A stretch of 64,000 nt of DNA from Bacteroidales bacterium (GCA_017553545.1 JAFZKT010000072.1:3690-67689), one strand, 5' to 3'. Counted from the stretch's first letter, positions 19,131-29,453 are shown. Numbers and translations: made by a program. Notes: generated by a model not told the origin, from the letters alone.

Positions 19131-20564
19131 GTGTACCAGGACAAAGTCCTTCTCCGGTACTTCCAGAAGATAGCGGGTCTTTCCCAGCGTAATGCCCAGA
19201 TAGTCCAGCACTTCCTGCGGGATGCGTACGGGGATGTCGCGTTTGGGGCCGAAGTTGGCTACCACCAGATAGTGGTCGTCGGCCCATGAGCGGACGAAGG
19301 CGAAATGCCTGTCCGGGTTGAATCCCTCCTCCTGGCAGTAGCACAGATCGAAACTCTTGCCTTTCGAGAAGGCGGGCGTCTTGGCCCAGAACAGCACGTC
19401 GCTGTAGCGTGCGCGCACCTTTTCGTCGGGTTTTTCCAGCGCCGGCACTTTGCACCAGTCGAAGATGGAGGTGCGTCCGTCCAGGCCGCTGAAACCTTCC
19501 TTCTGCATGCCGCGCTCCCCCGCCTCCTGGCCGAAATACAACATGAACGGCGCGTCGCTCAGCAGCAGTGACACCGCCAGGGCGGCATAGCCGGCTTCGG
19601 GTTTTCCGCAGAAGAAATCGCTGGCGAGGCGCTGCTCGTCGTGGTTTTCCAGGAAGTTGAGCATCCGGGGCTGGAGGCTTCCCAGCGACTGCCAGGCGGC
19701 AGTAATGGTCCGCGCCGACGCCCCGTTGCAGCAGACGGCCCGTAAGGTGTCGTAAAGGCCGGATTTGTCGTACAGCCAGTCGAAGCCCACTTCCTCAGCG
19801 TAGAACTGGTACTTGTCTTTTTCATAGACCTCGGCCACGAAGAGGATGTCCGGGAAGTTCTCCTTCACGGCGGCGATGAGCCACTTCATAAAAGCGGGCG
19901 GCACCATCTCCACCATGTCGCAGCGGAAGCCGTCCACGCCCATTCCGGCCCAGAAGAGCACAATCTGGAGCATCTTGTCCCAAGTGCCCGTATGATGGTC
20001 GCAGTAGTTCAGGCGGACGGTCTCCCACCAGTCGTTCATGCCGGGGGCCGATGTAAACGCGTTCCCGGAGGCCTTCGCGGGGATTTCCTCATAGCCTTTT
20101 GCGTCTATGGGAAGCTTCAGGGCCTCACCTGGATAATAGAAGAAGTCGTTGCCGGGATACCAGTGGACGCTCTTGTCGTCGTCGGCCCCCAGCGGACGCA
20201 CCCCTTTCGGGGCGGCGGCGCCGCTGTATTCGCGGGCTACGTGGTTGGGGACGAAGTCGATGAGGATTTTCAGTCCGGCTTTGTGCACACGGTCTACCAG
20301 GGCGCGGAATTCCTCCATCCTGTGGGCCGGGTCATCGGCCAGATAGGGGTTCACGTCATAGTAGTCCGTGATGGCGTAGGGACTCCCCGCCTCCCCCTTC
20401 ACCACCTTTTCGGTGGCACCGGTGGCGTGCCGGATGACGCCCGTACACCAAAGGACATCCATTCCCAGGATGTCCTTCAGGTACTTCAGCGTTGCCTCGT
20501 CCACGCCGGAGAAACGACCGTTTCCCCACAGGCGCGGCAGAAGCTGATAAACGAGTTGTTTCAT
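19122..20564 (-). CDS. GH13 alpha-amylase family glycoside hydrolase
   Basis: GSPYAITDYY, DFVPNH, DGFRCDMVE, AEVY, ENHDEQR. Confidence 0.9.
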   Translation of the reverse strand: MKQLVYQLLPRLWGNGRFSGVDEATLKYLKDILGMDVLWCTGVIRHATGATEKVVKGEAGSPYAITDYYDVNPYLADDPAHRMEEFRALVDRVHKAGLKILIDFVPNHVAREYSGAAAPKGVRPLGADDDKSVHWYPGNDFFYYPGEALKLPIDAKGYEEIPAKASGNAFTSAPGMNDWWETVRLNYCDHHTGTWDKMLQIVLFWAGMGVDGFRCDMVEMVPPAFMKWLIAAVKENFPDILFVAEVYEKDKYQFYAEEVGFDWLYDKSGLYDTLRAVCCNGASARTITAAWQSLGSLQPRMLNFLENHDEQRLASDFFCGKPEAGYAALAVSLLLSDAPFMLYFGQEAGERGMQKEGFSGLDGRTSIFDWCKVPALEKPDEKVRARYSDVLFWAKTPAFSKGKSFDLCYCQEEGFNPDRHFAFVRSWADDHYLVVANFGPKRDIPVRIPQEVLDYLGITLGKTRYLLEVPEKDFVLVHLQ

Positions 20565-21794
20565 TTACCAGTTCAGGATCTTGGCGAAATCGTAGGCCTC
20601 GGGGTTCGGGACATACTTCTTCGCGGCCTCATAGTCGGCGGGCGTGATGTAATGGCAGATATGGTTGTAGTAGTTCTGCGCGGTGCCGCCGTCGATGGCC
20701 ACGCGGCGCGGCGGAATCTTGCCTTCCGCGTTCTGCAGGTCCTTCAGATACAGCGGGTTGGCGTTGCCGAAGGCATCCACATACACCATGCAGCCGGTCT
20801 CTCCCTTGGCGAAGAGTTCATAGGCGCCCATGGCCAGTTCCGTGCAGTACGTGAGGTCATAGGCGATGGGATCCTGGCAGCGGACGTCGTAGCCGATTTC
20901 CACGGGACGCGTCTTCACCTTCAGGCCGATGGCCTTGAACTTCTTGTCCAGGATGTCGTTGAACAGGACAGCCTTGGAGATCTTGCCCAGTTCCGGATGG
21001 CCGTGTTCGTCGTAGGTCATGGATACGCCGGCGTTCTTGATTTCCTCAGGATCCAGATCGTGGAAAACGCCCTCGGCGACAACCACGGTGCCGTAAGGAA
21101 TGCCCAGGATGTTGCGTTTCAGGATGGCGGAAAGGGCCAGGTTCACAATCTTGTCCAGGGTGATGGCGGTCTTGTTGAACATCTCCGGGATGATGGTCAT
21201 GGGGCAATGGGTGGCCTCGCCGATACCCAGGGCCAGGTGACCGGCGCTGCGGCCCATGGCGCTGATGATGAGCCAGTTGCCGCTGGTGCGGGCGTCTTCA
21301 TAGACGGTGCGGGCCAGGTGCGCGCCCTCGTCCTTGGCGCTGTTGAAGCCGAAGGTGGGGGTGTTCTGCGGCAGCGGAAGGTCGTTGTCGATGGTCTTGG
21401 GAACGTGGATGTTGTGGATGGGATAGTGCTTGGCCTCCAGGAACTTGGCGATGCGGTTGGCCGTGGATGCGGTGTCGTCGCCGCCTACGGTGACCAGCAG
21501 CTTGATGTTGTTGTCCTGGAACAGGGCCAGGTTGAAGTTTTCTTCAAAATCCTTGTCGGTGGGTTTGAATCGGCTCATCTGCAGGTAGCTGCCGCCCCGG
21601 TTGAAGTAGGCGTCGGCCTTGAAGAAATCGATATCCTCCGTGCGCGGGCTCTTGCTGAAGAGGCCGCTGTATCCGCCGTGCAGGCCGATGACGCGGTAAC
21701 CGTTCGAGAGGAAAGTTTTTGCTACGGACATCACGACGGTGTTCATGCCCGGTGCCGGGCCGCCGCCACAAAGGATAATGATGGAATCTTTCAT
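20565..21794 (-). CDS. pfkA: 6-phosphofructokinase (possibly PPi-dependent)
   Basis: GGGPAPGMN, GGDDT, PKTIDNDL, MGRSAGHLA. Start MKDSII at 21794. Confidence 0.88.
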   Translation of the reverse strand: MKDSIIILCGGGPAPGMNTVVMSVAKTFLSNGYRVIGLHGGYSGLFSKSPRTEDIDFFKADAYFNRGGSYLQMSRFKPTDKDFEENFNLALFQDNNIKLLVTVGGDDTASTANRIAKFLEAKHYPIHNIHVPKTIDNDLPLPQNTPTFGFNSAKDEGAHLARTVYEDARTSGNWLIISAMGRSAGHLALGIGEATHCPMTIIPEMFNKTAITLDKIVNLALSAILKRNILGIPYGTVVVAEGVFHDLDPEEIKNAGVSMTYDEHGHPELGKISKAVLFNDILDKKFKAIGLKVKTRPVEIGYDVRCQDPIAYDLTYCTELAMGAYELFAKGETGCMVYVDAFGNANPLYLKDLQNAEGKIPPRRVAIDGGTAQNYYNHICHYITPADYEAAKKYVPNPEAYDFAKILNW

Positions 21795-21798
21795 GGTA

Positions 21799-22269
21799 TT
21801 AGGGTGTTTTGTTTGTTTTTCCAAAGATGACGAACTCACTCATGAAGAAGTTGAAAAGCCCGGAGAAACACAGGGCAAGCAGGTTACAGATCACCGGCTC
21901 CATCTCTGTCCAGTTCTGCAGCCAGTCCAGCCCCACGAAGAGGAAGTGGATGCCCTGCATGATGGCGAGCTTGATGAGGAAGGCCCCGATGGTGGCGGCG
22001 TTGTAGCCGGCCAGATGACGGAAGAAGGACCGGGTATTGCGGTGGCTGATGCGCTCTTTCCAGACGAAGAAGTAGGAAATGCAGAAATTGGTGATGGCTG
22101 CTACCTCGAAGGAAATGGTGGGAGCGATCCAGAAGCTGCCCCCGTAACTCCCTTTGAAAAGGTAGGCGGTCAGCAGCCAGTGAAGCCCAAGGTCGACCAG
22201 GGTCCCTACAAGACTGGTGAGGGAAAACATGGCGAATTTCCCAAGGAGTTCTTTAGCGCTTCTTCCCAT
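21799..22269 (-). CDS. GtrA family membrane protein
   Basis: KFA....VGTLVD, NF...Y.FVW, FNF.MS.FVIF; 4 TM segments. Confidence 0.8.
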   Translation of the reverse strand: MGRSAKELLGKFAMFSLTSLVGTLVDLGLHWLLTAYLFKGSYGGSFWIAPTISFEVAAITNFCISYFFVWKERISHRNTRSFFRHLAGYNAATIGAFLIKLAIMQGIHFLFVGLDWLQNWTEMEPVICNLLALCFSGLFNFFMSEFVIFGKTNKTP

Positions 22270-22341
22270 TAGTAAGATAAATCATACAAATATACATATT
22301 TTTGCTTTTGTCGCAAAATTGGACTAATTTAGCAATCTATT

Positions 22342-23307
22342 ATGAAGCCCATTATCGAACCCGTCAGTCGGGAGGCCCTGAAGGCCGAATTAAACCCTCA
22401 GGCTCTGCTTCGCACCACCAACCGTGCGGGCAATGAGCTATATGTGGTGGGGCCGGAGTCGGTGAATGTCATCCGTGAGATAGGCCGGCTTCGGGAAATC
22501 GCCTTCCGTGCGGGGGGCGGCGGAACCGGAGAACCCCTGGACATCGACAAATTCGATACGGACCCGGCCTATGGCTACAAGCAGCTGGTCCTCTGGGATC
22601 CGGACGCGCAGGAAATCATCGGCGGATACCGTTATTGTATCTGCGATGAAGCCCTTTTCGACCGCGAGGGACAGCCGGTGCTCACTTCCTCCCACATGTT
22701 CCACTTCACCAAGAAGTTCATCAAGCACTATCTGCCGCATACGATGGAGCTGGGCCGGAGTTTCGTATCGGTGGAATACCAGAGCACCCAGTCCAATCCC
22801 AAGAGCCTATATGCGCTTGACAACCTTTTCGACGGAATCGTTGCCATCGGCCTGCTCTGCAAGAAGCGCGTACGGTTCTTCTTCGGGAAGGCCACCATCT
22901 ACCGGGAATATCCCACCGAGGCCCGCGAACTGGTGATGTGCTTCCTTCGCAAGTATTTCGGGAAAGGGCATCGGCTCCTGAAGATCCGCCAGGAGGTGAA
23001 AGTGGAGAAAAAGACGCGCAGCCGCTATTACAAGTTTTTCAAAGGACTGGACTACAAGGAGGGGTACCGTGTGCTGAAGACCAAGGTCCTGGAACTGGGA
23101 GTCCCCATTCCCCCGCTGATCAATACCTATATGAATCTGTCCCCCACCATGATCTATTTCGGAACGGGGATCAACGACGAATTCGGCGATGTCTACGATT
23201 CGGGCCTCCTGGTAACCTTCCGGGATCTGTATCCGGAAAAGAAAAAACGCCACTCGGACTCTTTCCGAAAGATTCTGAGACGGATGCGCAAAGAAAAAAA
23301 TGACTAA
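22342..23307 (+). CDS. GNAT (Acetyltransf_5 / OlsB-GlsB-like) N-acyltransferase
   Basis: EIGRLREIAFR.GGG.G, DIDKFD, IIGGYRY, ELGRSFV, IPPLINTY. Confidence 0.8.
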   Translation: MKPIIEPVSREALKAELNPQALLRTTNRAGNELYVVGPESVNVIREIGRLREIAFRAGGGGTGEPLDIDKFDTDPAYGYKQLVLWDPDAQEIIGGYRYCICDEALFDREGQPVLTSSHMFHFTKKFIKHYLPHTMELGRSFVSVEYQSTQSNPKSLYALDNLFDGIVAIGLLCKKRVRFFFGKATIYREYPTEARELVMCFLRKYFGKGHRLLKIRQEVKVEKKTRSRYYKFFKGLDYKEGYRVLKTKVLELGVPIPPLINTYMNLSPTMIYFGTGINDEFGDVYDSGLLVTFRDLYPEKKKRHSDSFRKILRRMRKEKND

Positions 23308-23319
23308 CTTTGCAGGAGT

Positions 23320-24030
23320 ATGAGTGAAGAGAAAAAACAAGCGCAGCGCATACAGACTTCCCTTCTGAATCCCTATGAGAAGAAGGTTCTGGTGTGGCTG
23401 GCGGAAAGGATGCCTTCCTGGGTGACGTCGGATCTGCTCACCGTCGTGGGCTTCCTGGGGGCCATCATCATGGCGGCCGGCTATGGCCTTTCCAACCTGG
23501 ATCTCCGCTGGCTCTGGCTTTCCTGCTTCGGCCTCGTCGTAAACTGGTTCGGGGATTCCCTGGACGGAAGCCTGGCCCGCGTGCGTAATGCCCAGCGTAA
23601 GACTTACGGCTTTTTTATAGATCACAATGTGGACGTCATCAATGAGACCATCATGTTCATCGGAGTGGGATTCAGCCCGCTGGTGGATATGAGCATCGCC
23701 ATGTTCGCCCTGGTCGCCTACTTCATGATCAGCGTGTACGTCTACATAGACTGCCACCTCAAGGGTGAGATGCGTCTCACCTATGGTGGCCTGGGACCCA
23801 CCGAATTCCGCCTGGCCCTGTTCATCGTGAACGTTTGCTTCATCTATATCCCCTGGCTTACCAAGTGGAAACAGACCTTCTGGCTTTTCAACCGGGAGTT
23901 TAATGTGGGTCTTTTCGACTATATCGGCATTCTGGCCGCCATTGTCCTCATTGCCCTCTATCTGGTCAGCTTTTTCCGGGATCTGAAGTACTTTTCGGAG
24001 ATAGATCCTCCCAAGGGACAGGACAAATAA
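23320..24030 (+). CDS. CDP-alcohol phosphatidyltransferase family protein
   Basis: Signature DSLDGSLARVRN...GFFIDHNVD; -7 box TAACTTTG just upstream. Confidence 0.88.
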   Translation: MSEEKKQAQRIQTSLLNPYEKKVLVWLAERMPSWVTSDLLTVVGFLGAIIMAAGYGLSNLDLRWLWLSCFGLVVNWFGDSLDGSLARVRNAQRKTYGFFIDHNVDVINETIMFIGVGFSPLVDMSIAMFALVAYFMISVYVYIDCHLKGEMRLTYGGLGPTEFRLALFIVNVCFIYIPWLTKWKQTFWLFNREFNVGLFDYIGILAAIVLIALYLVSFFRDLKYFSEIDPPKGQDK

Positions 24031-24846
24031 GTGATGGAAAAAGTTCAGGTTGTCCTTCTCACCGGTGGCAGCAGCGGCATTGGAGCCGCCACCGCCCGCC
24101 TGCTCGTCCAGGCTGGGATGAAAGTGTATGCGGGAAGCCGCCGCGGGACCGTGGAAACGCCCATGGAGGGCCTTGTTCCTGTGAAACTGGACGTGAATGA
24201 TGCGGCCGGGACAGAGGCCGTCGTGGCCGATATCCTTGCGCGGGAAGGCCGCCTGGACGCCGTGATCTGCAATGCCGGGAACGGCATATACGGTCCCATT
24301 GAAGGAACCCTGGAGGAAGAAGCCCGCAGCCAGTTCGAAACCACCTTCTTCGGCTCCCTGAAAACCGTGGAGGCCTGCCTGCCCGTATTCCGGAAGCAGG
24401 GCTTCGGCCGCGTTGTGACGGTGGCTTCCGTGATGTCCATCCTGCCGCTCCCTTATCAGTCTTTCTATTCCGCCGCAAAGGCTGCGCTGCTGTCCCTGAC
24501 GGAGTCCCTTGCCATGGAGCTTGCTCCGTTTGGCATCCAGTGCTGCTGTATCCTGCCCGGAGATGTGGCTACGGGCTTTACCGGCTCCCGGAAGGTGAAT
24601 GCCGCGGCCCAGGAAGCGGATTCCCCCTACATGGTTCGGATGAAGCGCAACCTGGCCAAGATTGAGGCCGACGAACGGGGCGGAATGGATCCGGTGGTCA
24701 TCGGGAAGGCCATTTTAAGGCAGTTGAGGCGTCGCAGGATGCGCATTCGCGTGATTCCCCGCCTGGACTATGGCCTGGTGGGTTTTCTGGTCCGTATCGT
24801 CCCGGCCGCCTGGCGTTTGAAAATCGTAAACAGCCTCTACAATTAA
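24031..24846 (+). CDS. Short-chain dehydrogenase/reductase
   Basis: TGGSSGIG, CNAG, YSAAK, PGDVAT. Confidence 0.88.
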   Translation: MMEKVQVVLLTGGSSGIGAATARLLVQAGMKVYAGSRRGTVETPMEGLVPVKLDVNDAAGTEAVVADILAREGRLDAVICNAGNGIYGPIEGTLEEEARSQFETTFFGSLKTVEACLPVFRKQGFGRVVTVASVMSILPLPYQSFYSAAKAALLSLTESLAMELAPFGIQCCCILPGDVATGFTGSRKVNAAAQEADSPYMVRMKRNLAKIEADERGGMDPVVIGKAILRQLRRRRMRIRVIPRLDYGLVGFLVRIVPAAWRLKIVNSLYN

Positions 24847-24848
24847 CC

Positions 24849-27320
24849 TTGCCAAAGCGTTGGTGCATATGGATTTGCCTGCTGCTGGCCTCGCTCCCGG
24901 CGTGGGCCCAGACCACGCGCGTACGCGGAACAGTCCGGGATGCCGAAACTGGGGAAGCGCTCCCCTTTGTGGGTGTCTATTTCGACGGAACCACCATCGG
25001 CATTACCACCGATATGGATGGTCGCTACAGCCTGGAAACCAGAACCCCGGACGCGAAGGTGCTTACCGCACAAATGCTTGGTTATGAGAGTGTTTCCCAT
25101 CCGGTTACGCCCGGTACTTTCGCGGAAATCGACTTTTTGCTGAAGCCGGACCCCCGCCAGCTGGAAGGCGCAGTAGTCCGGCCCGACGACCACTATATCA
25201 AATCCATCCTCCGGAAAATCGATGAGGCCCGTGAGCGGCACGACCCTGAGAATGCCCCGGACTGGCAGTGCGGCGTCTATACGAAGATCGAGTTCGATGT
25301 TACCAATATGGAGGACCTCCTCTCCCTGGGTGCGCTGGACCGCAATCTGGGCTTTGTGCGCAACTATGCGGATACATCGGCCATTACCGGCCAGCCCTTC
25401 CTTCCCGCCATCCTTTCGGAGAATTACTCGGATGTCTATCATTCGGAGAAACCCTCTTTTACGCGGGAATTCACGCGCGCCAGCCGCATTTCCGGCATCC
25501 CGGACCGCAACAACGCCGTCAAGCAGTTCACGGGGACCTACCTCATGAAAACCAATTTCTACAAGAGTAACATCAGTCTCTTCAATCTGGTGATCCCCAA
25601 TCCGGCGGCTTCTTCTTCGCGTATCTTCTACAATTACTACCTGGTGGACAGTCTGCAGGTGGACAGCCGGAAAACCTATGTCCTTCGTTTCCACCCCAAG
25701 AAGCTGGTTACCTCTCCCGTCATGGACGGGGAGATGCACATCGATGCGGAGGATTTCGGCATTCAGAGCGTGCATGCGTCGCTTTCCGGCAATTCCAATG
25801 TGAACTGGATCCGTCACTTCAACCTGGATGCCGTCAACCGCCGGCTTCCGGACGGGCGCTGGTTCAACGATCAGGAAGACCTGTTTCTGGATTTCTCACT
25901 GTCTCCCAGCGACAATTCCCAGCTGATTTCCGTCCTGGGACGGCGCAGTATGCATTACGATAACCCCTATTTCAAGCCCTTGGAGAACCGGGAAGATTTG
26001 GAAAAAGAGAATCCGGTGGTAATGCGGGATGTCCTTACCGGGGACGATTTCTTCTGGGACAGCGTCCGCCCCTATCCCCTGTCGGACCGGGAAAAAGGCA
26101 TCTATCAGATGGTGGATGAAATCCAGCAGACCAGCTTCTACAAGTGGACCTATGGCTTCCTGGACACTTTCATCACCGGTTACTGGGAGGTACCGGCCCT
26201 CGATTTTGAGTTTGGCCGATGGGCCCGTACCGTCACCTGGAACGACACGGAGGGCTTCCGCCTCGCGCTGGGCGGTCGGACGCTGTATACGCTGAGCGAC
26301 AAATTGCGCCTGAGCGGTTATCTGGCCTACGGATTCGGCGACCACAGGCTGAAAGGGATGGGACAGTTGGAATGGCAGATTGGCCGTGAAAGGACCCGGA
26401 AACTCACTGCTTTCTACAAGGAGGATTATGAGCGTCTGGGCAGCGGGATAGGGGTATTCTCGGCCCCGAACATCTTCTCCTGTATCATTTCGCCGGAGTT
26501 GGCGAACCGCCAGACCTACATGCGTCAGGTCTATGTGGACTATGAGCACGAGTTCCACCCTTCGGTCAACGCCACGTTCCATTGGGTGAGTCAGCGGATG
26601 TGGTCCAATCCCGTTGTCCCTATCTACTCGGTGGACGGTACGCAGACCGTAATGGATTTCATCGATGTCCATGAACTGGGCGCTTCCTTCCGCTTCTCCT
26701 TTGACGAAAAGGTCCACCGCAACTACTTCAAGAAAACGTATCTGTTTACCAAATATCCCGTTATTGAAGTGGATCTGAGCAAGGGCTTCAAGGGGATTAC
26801 GGAAAATGACTTCGACTATTTCAAGGCCGAATCCATCCTCACCTGGAGAGTCCCTTCAACGGCTGTCGGCTTCGGTTATCTGTATCTGAAGGGCGGTATC
26901 ATCTGGGGAAATGTGCCCCATACGCTGCTGAATCTGCATCCGGGTAACGCCACTTTCTTCTTTGACAAACACGCCTTCTCCTGTATGCAGGCCTATGAAT
27001 TCGCGTCGGACCGCTGGCTGTCGGGCTTCTATGAGCACAACTTCAACGGCTTGATTCTGGGTAAGATTCCCCTGATCAAGGAGCTGGACTGGCGGGAAGT
27101 GGCTACCGTACGTTTCGCCTGGGGAGATATCAGCGAAACCAATCAGAAAAATATCCTGCAGGAGACGGGGGTGCTCAATACGCCCTATGTGGAAGCCGGC
27201 GTTGGCATTTCCAACATCTTCCGTGTTTTCCGGGTAGACTGCTTCTGGCGCCTGACGCACCGCCTTCCTGAGCAGAAGCGGAACTTTACCGTAAATCTGG
27301 GCGTGGATGTGTCTTTCTAA
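24849..27320 (+). CDS. DUF5686 / carboxypeptidase-regulatory-like domain outer-membrane protein
   Basis: N-terminal VRGTVRDAETGEALPFV; C-terminal barrel PYVEAGVGISNIF...F; TTG start. Confidence 0.78.
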   Translation: MPKRWCIWICLLLASLPAWAQTTRVRGTVRDAETGEALPFVGVYFDGTTIGITTDMDGRYSLETRTPDAKVLTAQMLGYESVSHPVTPGTFAEIDFLLKPDPRQLEGAVVRPDDHYIKSILRKIDEARERHDPENAPDWQCGVYTKIEFDVTNMEDLLSLGALDRNLGFVRNYADTSAITGQPFLPAILSENYSDVYHSEKPSFTREFTRASRISGIPDRNNAVKQFTGTYLMKTNFYKSNISLFNLVIPNPAASSSRIFYNYYLVDSLQVDSRKTYVLRFHPKKLVTSPVMDGEMHIDAEDFGIQSVHASLSGNSNVNWIRHFNLDAVNRRLPDGRWFNDQEDLFLDFSLSPSDNSQLISVLGRRSMHYDNPYFKPLENREDLEKENPVVMRDVLTGDDFFWDSVRPYPLSDREKGIYQMVDEIQQTSFYKWTYGFLDTFITGYWEVPALDFEFGRWARTVTWNDTEGFRLALGGRTLYTLSDKLRLSGYLAYGFGDHRLKGMGQLEWQIGRERTRKLTAFYKEDYERLGSGIGVFSAPNIFSCIISPELANRQTYMRQVYVDYEHEFHPSVNATFHWVSQRMWSNPVVPIYSVDGTQTVMDFIDVHELGASFRFSFDEKVHRNYFKKTYLFTKYPVIEVDLSKGFKGITENDFDYFKAESILTWRVPSTAVGFGYLYLKGGIIWGNVPHTLLNLHPGNATFFFDKHAFSCMQAYEFASDRWLSGFYEHNFNGLILGKIPLIKELDWREVATVRFAWGDISETNQKNILQETGVLNTPYVEAGVGISNIFRVFRVDCFWRLTHRLPEQKRNFTVNLGVDVSF

Positions 27321-27964
27321 GCCTTTTCGGCGCTGAGGACTGTCAGGGTGTCCCCTTCCACTTTGAACTTGATGTCGCGGCCCGCGTAGAGCATGCCGTA
27401 CACCTTCCCGGGCGCGTCCTGATAAGCGGGACGAGGGTCCAGGGAGAGGATTCCCTTTACTTCCGGGCCGATGGCTATGTCGCTGGGAACCACCACTTTA
27501 AGTTTGGTCTCGGGGGCTTCTTGTGCGAACCCGGCTTTGGCCTCGGGGAAACTGTCGGCGTAAGGAAGATAGGGCTTGATGTCGAAGATGGGCGTGCCGT
27601 CCATCAGGTCCGCGCCTTTAACTACCAGTTCTCCGTTTTCGATAGCCGTAAGCTCCACGCAGGAAAGTCCCAGCGGATTGGGCCGATAAGGGGATCTTGT
27701 CGCGAAAACGCCCATTGCGGTGTTCCCGCCCAGCCGGGGCGGCCGGACGGTGGGCTGCCACTCCCCTTTCGCCTCTTTGTTGGCGTTGAATTCCCAGATG
27801 AGCCAGATATGGTCAAAGCCTTCCAGGCCCCTCAAGGCTTCCTTTACGCTGTATTCTTTAAGGAATACGATGCGTCCTTCCGTGTTCGCGAGCGAACTCT
27901 GCCGGGGAATGCCGAATTTGGAGCCAAAAGGGCCCCTGTAGGTGGCTATGGGCTTGATTTCCAT
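27317..27964 (-). CDS. tsaA: tRNA (N6-threonylcarbamoyladenosine37) N6-methyltransferase TrmO
   Basis: KFGIPRQ, VRPPRLGGN, FATRSPYRPNP, DGTPIFDIKPY, DPRPAYQ. Confidence 0.92.
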   Translation of the reverse strand: MEIKPIATYRGPFGSKFGIPRQSSLANTEGRIVFLKEYSVKEALRGLEGFDHIWLIWEFNANKEAKGEWQPTVRPPRLGGNTAMGVFATRSPYRPNPLGLSCVELTAIENGELVVKGADLMDGTPIFDIKPYLPYADSFPEAKAGFAQEAPETKLKVVVPSDIAIGPEVKGILSLDPRPAYQDAPGKVYGMLYAGRDIKFKVEGDTLTVLSAEKA

Positions 27965-29202
27965 TACGAGAGGTATTTGCCGTGGCAACGGCAGTATTTG
28001 AGTCCGCTTCCGCAGGGGCAGGGGTCGTCCGGCGCCACGTGCGGAATGGCGAAGCCCATCGGGAAATAGTCACCGCCGATATCTTTCGCAAAGCCCTCCG
28101 ATACGGTGGGCTCGGGCATCTTCCATTCGGGGTATTCTTCCGACGTGTTGGGCTGCATTTCCGGGTTGTTGGGATATTTCCCGGCCGATTCCCAGCCGGC
28201 CTTGAAGAGCCCTGTCTGGGCCGCGCTGCGGCCGCAGAGGCTCCACTTGGGCACGCTGTCGGCGTATTGCTCCACGATTTCGCAGCAGGCGCGCCAGCTT
28301 CCTTCGTCCAGCTCCATGCAGCGAGGGCTGTCAAGCAGGGGGTCGAAGAGGTGTTCGTTGACGGCAGCCGTGTATTGGGCTTCTATCCAGGTGTCATGCT
28401 CGGCCTTCACCAGTTCGAAGCCTTCGTATCCCACGCGGCGGTACATCTGCTCCAGGCGTATTCCTTCCACACTCTTCATTCCCACGGTGAAATAGGGCGC
28501 ACCGCAGCCTGCCTCTCTGGCCTGTGCCTGCGAAAAGGTGGGGAAATGGGTCTGCTTCATCTCTTCCCGCAGGGTGAACACTTCTTCGATGTTCTCCACG
28601 CAGGGTGAGCAGACATAGTCTCCCCAGCTGTCGGTGTAGCGGTACATTTTCACCAGCGGACACTGGTGAAGCATCCTTGAAAGGGCTTTGTAATTCGATT
28701 TTGAATGTGTTTTTTCGTACCAGTCCATCACCAGGCTCACGAAACGGTCCGTGGGCAGGATGCCATACAGGTTCAGATAGCCCAGGCCGATGCGCTCCAG
28801 TTCATACTGGCCGCTCTTCTCCCCGCTGCGGATCACCTTGTCGATTCCGGGCGACACGATGTCGTACACTTCCCGGCTGATCCACACTTTGTGGTAGTTC
28901 TCGTCGGTGTCGTCGTAGGCCACCAGGCCAGTGACTTCCAGCAGCGATGGATAATCTGCAAAGTCTTGATACTGAACCCTTTCCGGACCAGCATGCACCA
29001 GGTCACGCAAGAGCTTGATATCCCGCTCCATCAGGTGCGCCATCCATCTTTCCGGTTCACCGTGCAGGTAACTGTCCATCCTGTCCACCAGCTGCGACTT
29101 CCGCAGCCGGGGACTCAGATCCTGTCCAAGCAGGTTGGCGAAATCCTCCAGTTCCGGTTTCCCGAACCCGTCCAGGATGCTATGGAGCGTGTTTTCCTTC
29201 AT
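27964..29202 (-). CDS. SEC-C (Zn-binding) motif-containing protein
   Basis: C-terminal PDDPCPCGSGLKYCRCHG; -7 box (CAAAGATA on + strand, 29213-29220). Confidence 0.8.
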   Translation of the reverse strand: MKENTLHSILDGFGKPELEDFANLLGQDLSPRLRKSQLVDRMDSYLHGEPERWMAHLMERDIKLLRDLVHAGPERVQYQDFADYPSLLEVTGLVAYDDTDENYHKVWISREVYDIVSPGIDKVIRSGEKSGQYELERIGLGYLNLYGILPTDRFVSLVMDWYEKTHSKSNYKALSRMLHQCPLVKMYRYTDSWGDYVCSPCVENIEEVFTLREEMKQTHFPTFSQAQAREAGCGAPYFTVGMKSVEGIRLEQMYRRVGYEGFELVKAEHDTWIEAQYTAAVNEHLFDPLLDSPRCMELDEGSWRACCEIVEQYADSVPKWSLCGRSAAQTGLFKAGWESAGKYPNNPEMQPNTSEEYPEWKMPEPTVSEGFAKDIGGDYFPMGFAIPHVAPDDPCPCGSGLKYCRCHGKYLS

Positions 29203-29247
29203 TTGTGAAGTGCAAAGATACGAATTTTTCCATATTACACCGCTCTT

Positions 29248-29410
29248 GGCGCAGGTGCAAGTTCTTTCCGGCGCAGGTGCCCTCTTCTTATGGCGCAGGT
29301 ATCGCTACCAACTGGCGCAGGTGCAATTTTCGGCCCGGTTCCTGCGCCACCAGAACGCACAGAATGCATTTTCGCGGCGCAGGTATCGGCACTTTTATTA
29401 CACCTGCGCC
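29248..29410. repeat. Array of seven GGCGCAGG(T) motifs, four at exact 22-bp period
   Basis: Direct copies at 29248, 29270, 29292, 29314 and 29376; inverted copies at 29340 and 29402. Confidence 0.85.
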
Positions 29411-29453
29411 ACCGGAGGGAAGGGCGGGCCTTCGTTCAGTGGTTCGTGCGTGC

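Noticed and set aside
19992-21830. 612-aa plus-strand ORF and similar long antisense ORFs (13441-15153, 17490-18842, 35619-37178, 32174-33268)
   Set aside because: Shadow frames opposite well-supported genes in GC-rich, codon-biased DNA; no recognisable motifs
29248-29410. CRISPR interpretation of the GGCGCAGGT array
   Set aside because: The 9-bp repeat, 13-bp spacers and mixed orientation do not fit, and no cas genes are present
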